Translations under genes and position numbers: made by a program
Origin: Eledone cirrhosa
Lineage: Eukaryota
Direction of reading: 5' to 3'
DNA length: 64,000 bases
NCBI GenBank assembly: GCA_964016885.1
Contig: OZ024742.1
Location: 260,648,001-260,712,000 of the forward strand
Notes under the pieces: generated by a model
Databases searched by the model: none
The model's input: the letters and a program-made list of their open reading frames with translations, nothing else
Told to the model about the DNA's origin: nothing
Shown here: in pieces, positions 63,412-64,000 of the stretch
Layout of the letters: every line of letters begins with the position of its first letter
Position numbering within the stretch: the stretch's first letter is position 1

Positions 63412-64000
63412 TGTAACAAGAGTTGCCTCCCTTGTGTGACTATCACATCACCAATAGATTAACGCTCTCTAGACAGGAAGTAGCTGGAGTTACTTCCCGT
63501 TGGAGTGGCGGAACCCTTTTTGTCACTTCCGTCTTGAGACCCTATAAAAGAGATACTCAGAGCGATCTCTCTCTCATTTGCCCTTTCGGCTGCTGGCCTT
63601 AGGCCAGGCGCGTTCGCCGAGTCTCTACTCTCTGGCAACCCTAACATGGTCTCTTGCGAGCTAACTTCAAAACGGTAACAAATAACTTTACTTCATATTT
63701 CATCTACTCTTGACATGTCAACAATTCTATACTACATAACGTCAACTTGTTAATTAAACTTTATATACACAACCTAGTGTCTTGTTATATTCATACACAC
63801 CAGTATTTTGTTATAAGTGGTGACTCCGAGAAAAAAATGATAGGATCTGGTGTTGTGTGAATATATATAAAAAAATTAATTAGCAGTACCCCATTTTCGT
63901 TGGAATGTGTCGACCAACATTTCGAATACGCAGCAAATTTTATTAACGAACTAGGAAAAATACTCAGACACAGAAACGAACATACGCACATGTGAAATTC
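63412..64000. mobile_element. Probable LTR of a second, nested retrotransposon (runs off the window)
   Basis: Begins TGTAAC exactly where LTR homology stops. TATAAAAG at ~63543. Confidence 0.55.

Overview
AT-rich, repeat-dense eukaryotic DNA, most likely an octopus or other coleoid cephalopod. That assignment is inferred from the clustered KRAB-less C2H2 genes with [17 protein letters not shown]-type linkers and the SINE/RTE repeat content; it is not verified. The gene content is a C2H2 zinc-finger cluster: two intact 12-finger, 361-aa paralogues (38882-39967 +, 53699-54784 -), one 9-10-finger gene (31779-32705 -), a frameshifted paralogue with a 7-finger internal duplication (44512-46246 +) and a relic (27.6-28.1 kb). 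These genes share a recognisable promoter, non-coding first exon and acceptor module. Mobile DNA includes a Penelope-like element with inverted pLTRs and minimal hammerhead ribozymes, a hAT deletion derivative inserted in a 1.1-kb palindrome, CR1, L1/Tx1, RTE and CRE-clade LINE fragments, a mariner relic, a young Gypsy element in a triple nest, and two SINE families. The least explained part is 4.3-16.5 kb: an ~871-bp satellite built from the arms of a foldback-like repeat, a 3-kb degenerate hexamer tract, exon-like acidic modules and a telomere-like array. All calls come from reading the sequence by eye, with no database searches. Boundaries of decayed elements are approximate.
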